Source: Candidatus Methylomirabilis oxygeniifera
GTDB lineage: Bacteria > Methylomirabilota > Methylomirabilia > Methylomirabilales > Methylomirabilaceae
Direction of reading: 5' to 3'
DNA length: 32,000 nucleotides
Assembly: GCA_000091165.1 (NCBI GenBank)
Contig: FP565575.1
Span: 120,001 to 152,000, forward strand
Every line of letters begins with the position of its first letter. Within the stretch, counting starts at the first letter, position 1. Made by a program: the position numbers and the translations under genes. The notes under the pieces were generated by a model. The model had not been told where the DNA came from, made no database searches, and was given only the letters and a program-made list of their open reading frames with translations. Positions 31,559 to 32,000 of the stretch are shown in pieces.

Positions 31559-31834
31559 ATGCCAAAGTATCTGATCGAGCGTGATATCCCGGGGGCGGGC
31601 AAGCTGTCGTCTCAGGAGCTTCAGGTCATTTCGCAAAAGTCGTGCGGCGTGCTCGGAAAGCTGGGGCCGCAGATTCAGTGGGTCCACAGCTACGTGACTG
31701 ACGAGAAGGTGTACTGTGTCTACATTGCACCAAATGCCGACATGGTCCTGGAGCATGCCCGCAATGGCGGCTTCCCGGCGAACCGGGTGTCGGAGATCAG
31801 ATCGATGATCGACCCCACAACCGCCGAAGGATGA
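31559..31834 (+). CDS. DUF4242-family small protein
   Basis: 91 aa, 'MPKYLIERDIPGAGKLSSQELQ.ISQKSCGVL...QWVHSYVTDEKVYCVYIAPN' matches my recollection of DUF4242 proteins. An AAGGAG RBS lies at 31546-31551. Confidence 0.75.
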   Translation: MPKYLIERDIPGAGKLSSQELQVISQKSCGVLGKLGPQIQWVHSYVTDEKVYCVYIAPNADMVLEHARNGGFPANRVSEIRSMIDPTTAEG

Positions 31835-31950
31835 AGCGATCAGCGGTCAGGGGCGTAGGCTGAAGGCTGAAGGATTCTTCAGGTCTCCTACCTTCAGTCT
31901 ATTCACCTTCGGCCTTCCGCCTGAGGCTGATAGCTGACTGCTGTTCGCTG
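31835..31950. repeat. long nested palindromic element (CTGAAGG family), copy 3 (most complete)
   Basis: Outer arms agcgatcagcggtcag (31835-31850) / ctgactgctgttcgct (31934-31949). Inner arms ggcgtaggctgaaggctgaagg / ccttcggccttccgcctgaggc. The central region carries ccttcagtct. A TTTTCT run follows. It begins right after the DUF4242 stop. Confidence 0.7.
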
Positions 31951-32000
31951 TTTTCTAAACCTTGACAACTCCGCTGAGAGGTTGGAAAATCGCCGCGATT

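Overview
GC-rich bacterial chromosomal window. I found no rRNA, tRNA or CRISPR array. Gene content suggests a methylotroph or methanotroph-like environmental bacterium, but taxonomy cannot be verified without a database search.

Contents from left to right:
1. A lanthanide-type methanol dehydrogenase cluster (xoxF, xoxJ, a c-type cytochrome and one orphan periplasmic ORF), with a strong intrinsic terminator between xoxF and xoxJ.
2. A cold-shock gene with a terminator-like leader.
3. A minus-strand PEBP/SixA/membrane-protein unit.
4. A tightly packed five-gene minus-strand operon: a heme-oxygenase-like diiron protein, a PRTase-like protein, an FAH-family hydrolase, a half-size HPPD-like dioxygenase and an HGD-family dioxygenase.
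5. A decayed mobile island: a frameshifted tyrosine-recombinase 3' remnant plus a small two-gene module.
6. A plus-strand four-gene set (aldehyde dehydrogenase, guanidino-group-modifying enzyme, class-III aminotransferase, ThDP enzyme) that maps one-to-one onto an arginine-transaminase-like route.
7. A secreted multidomain protein behind a canonical sigma-54 promoter.
8. A DUF3015/DUF4105 pair.
9. A minus-strand nitrosative/oxidative-stress locus: peroxiredoxin, two NnrS-like paralogues flanking a cytochrome c'-like protein, and an FmdE-like protein. One NnrS paralogue is fused to ScdA_N and DUF1858-like domains.
10. A secreted GlcG/HbpS-like protein, a 7-bladed YVTN propeller and a DUF4242 protein.

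Three families of intergenic palindromic (REP-like) elements recur at gene 3' ends. All functional calls rest on motif recognition from memory, not on searches.
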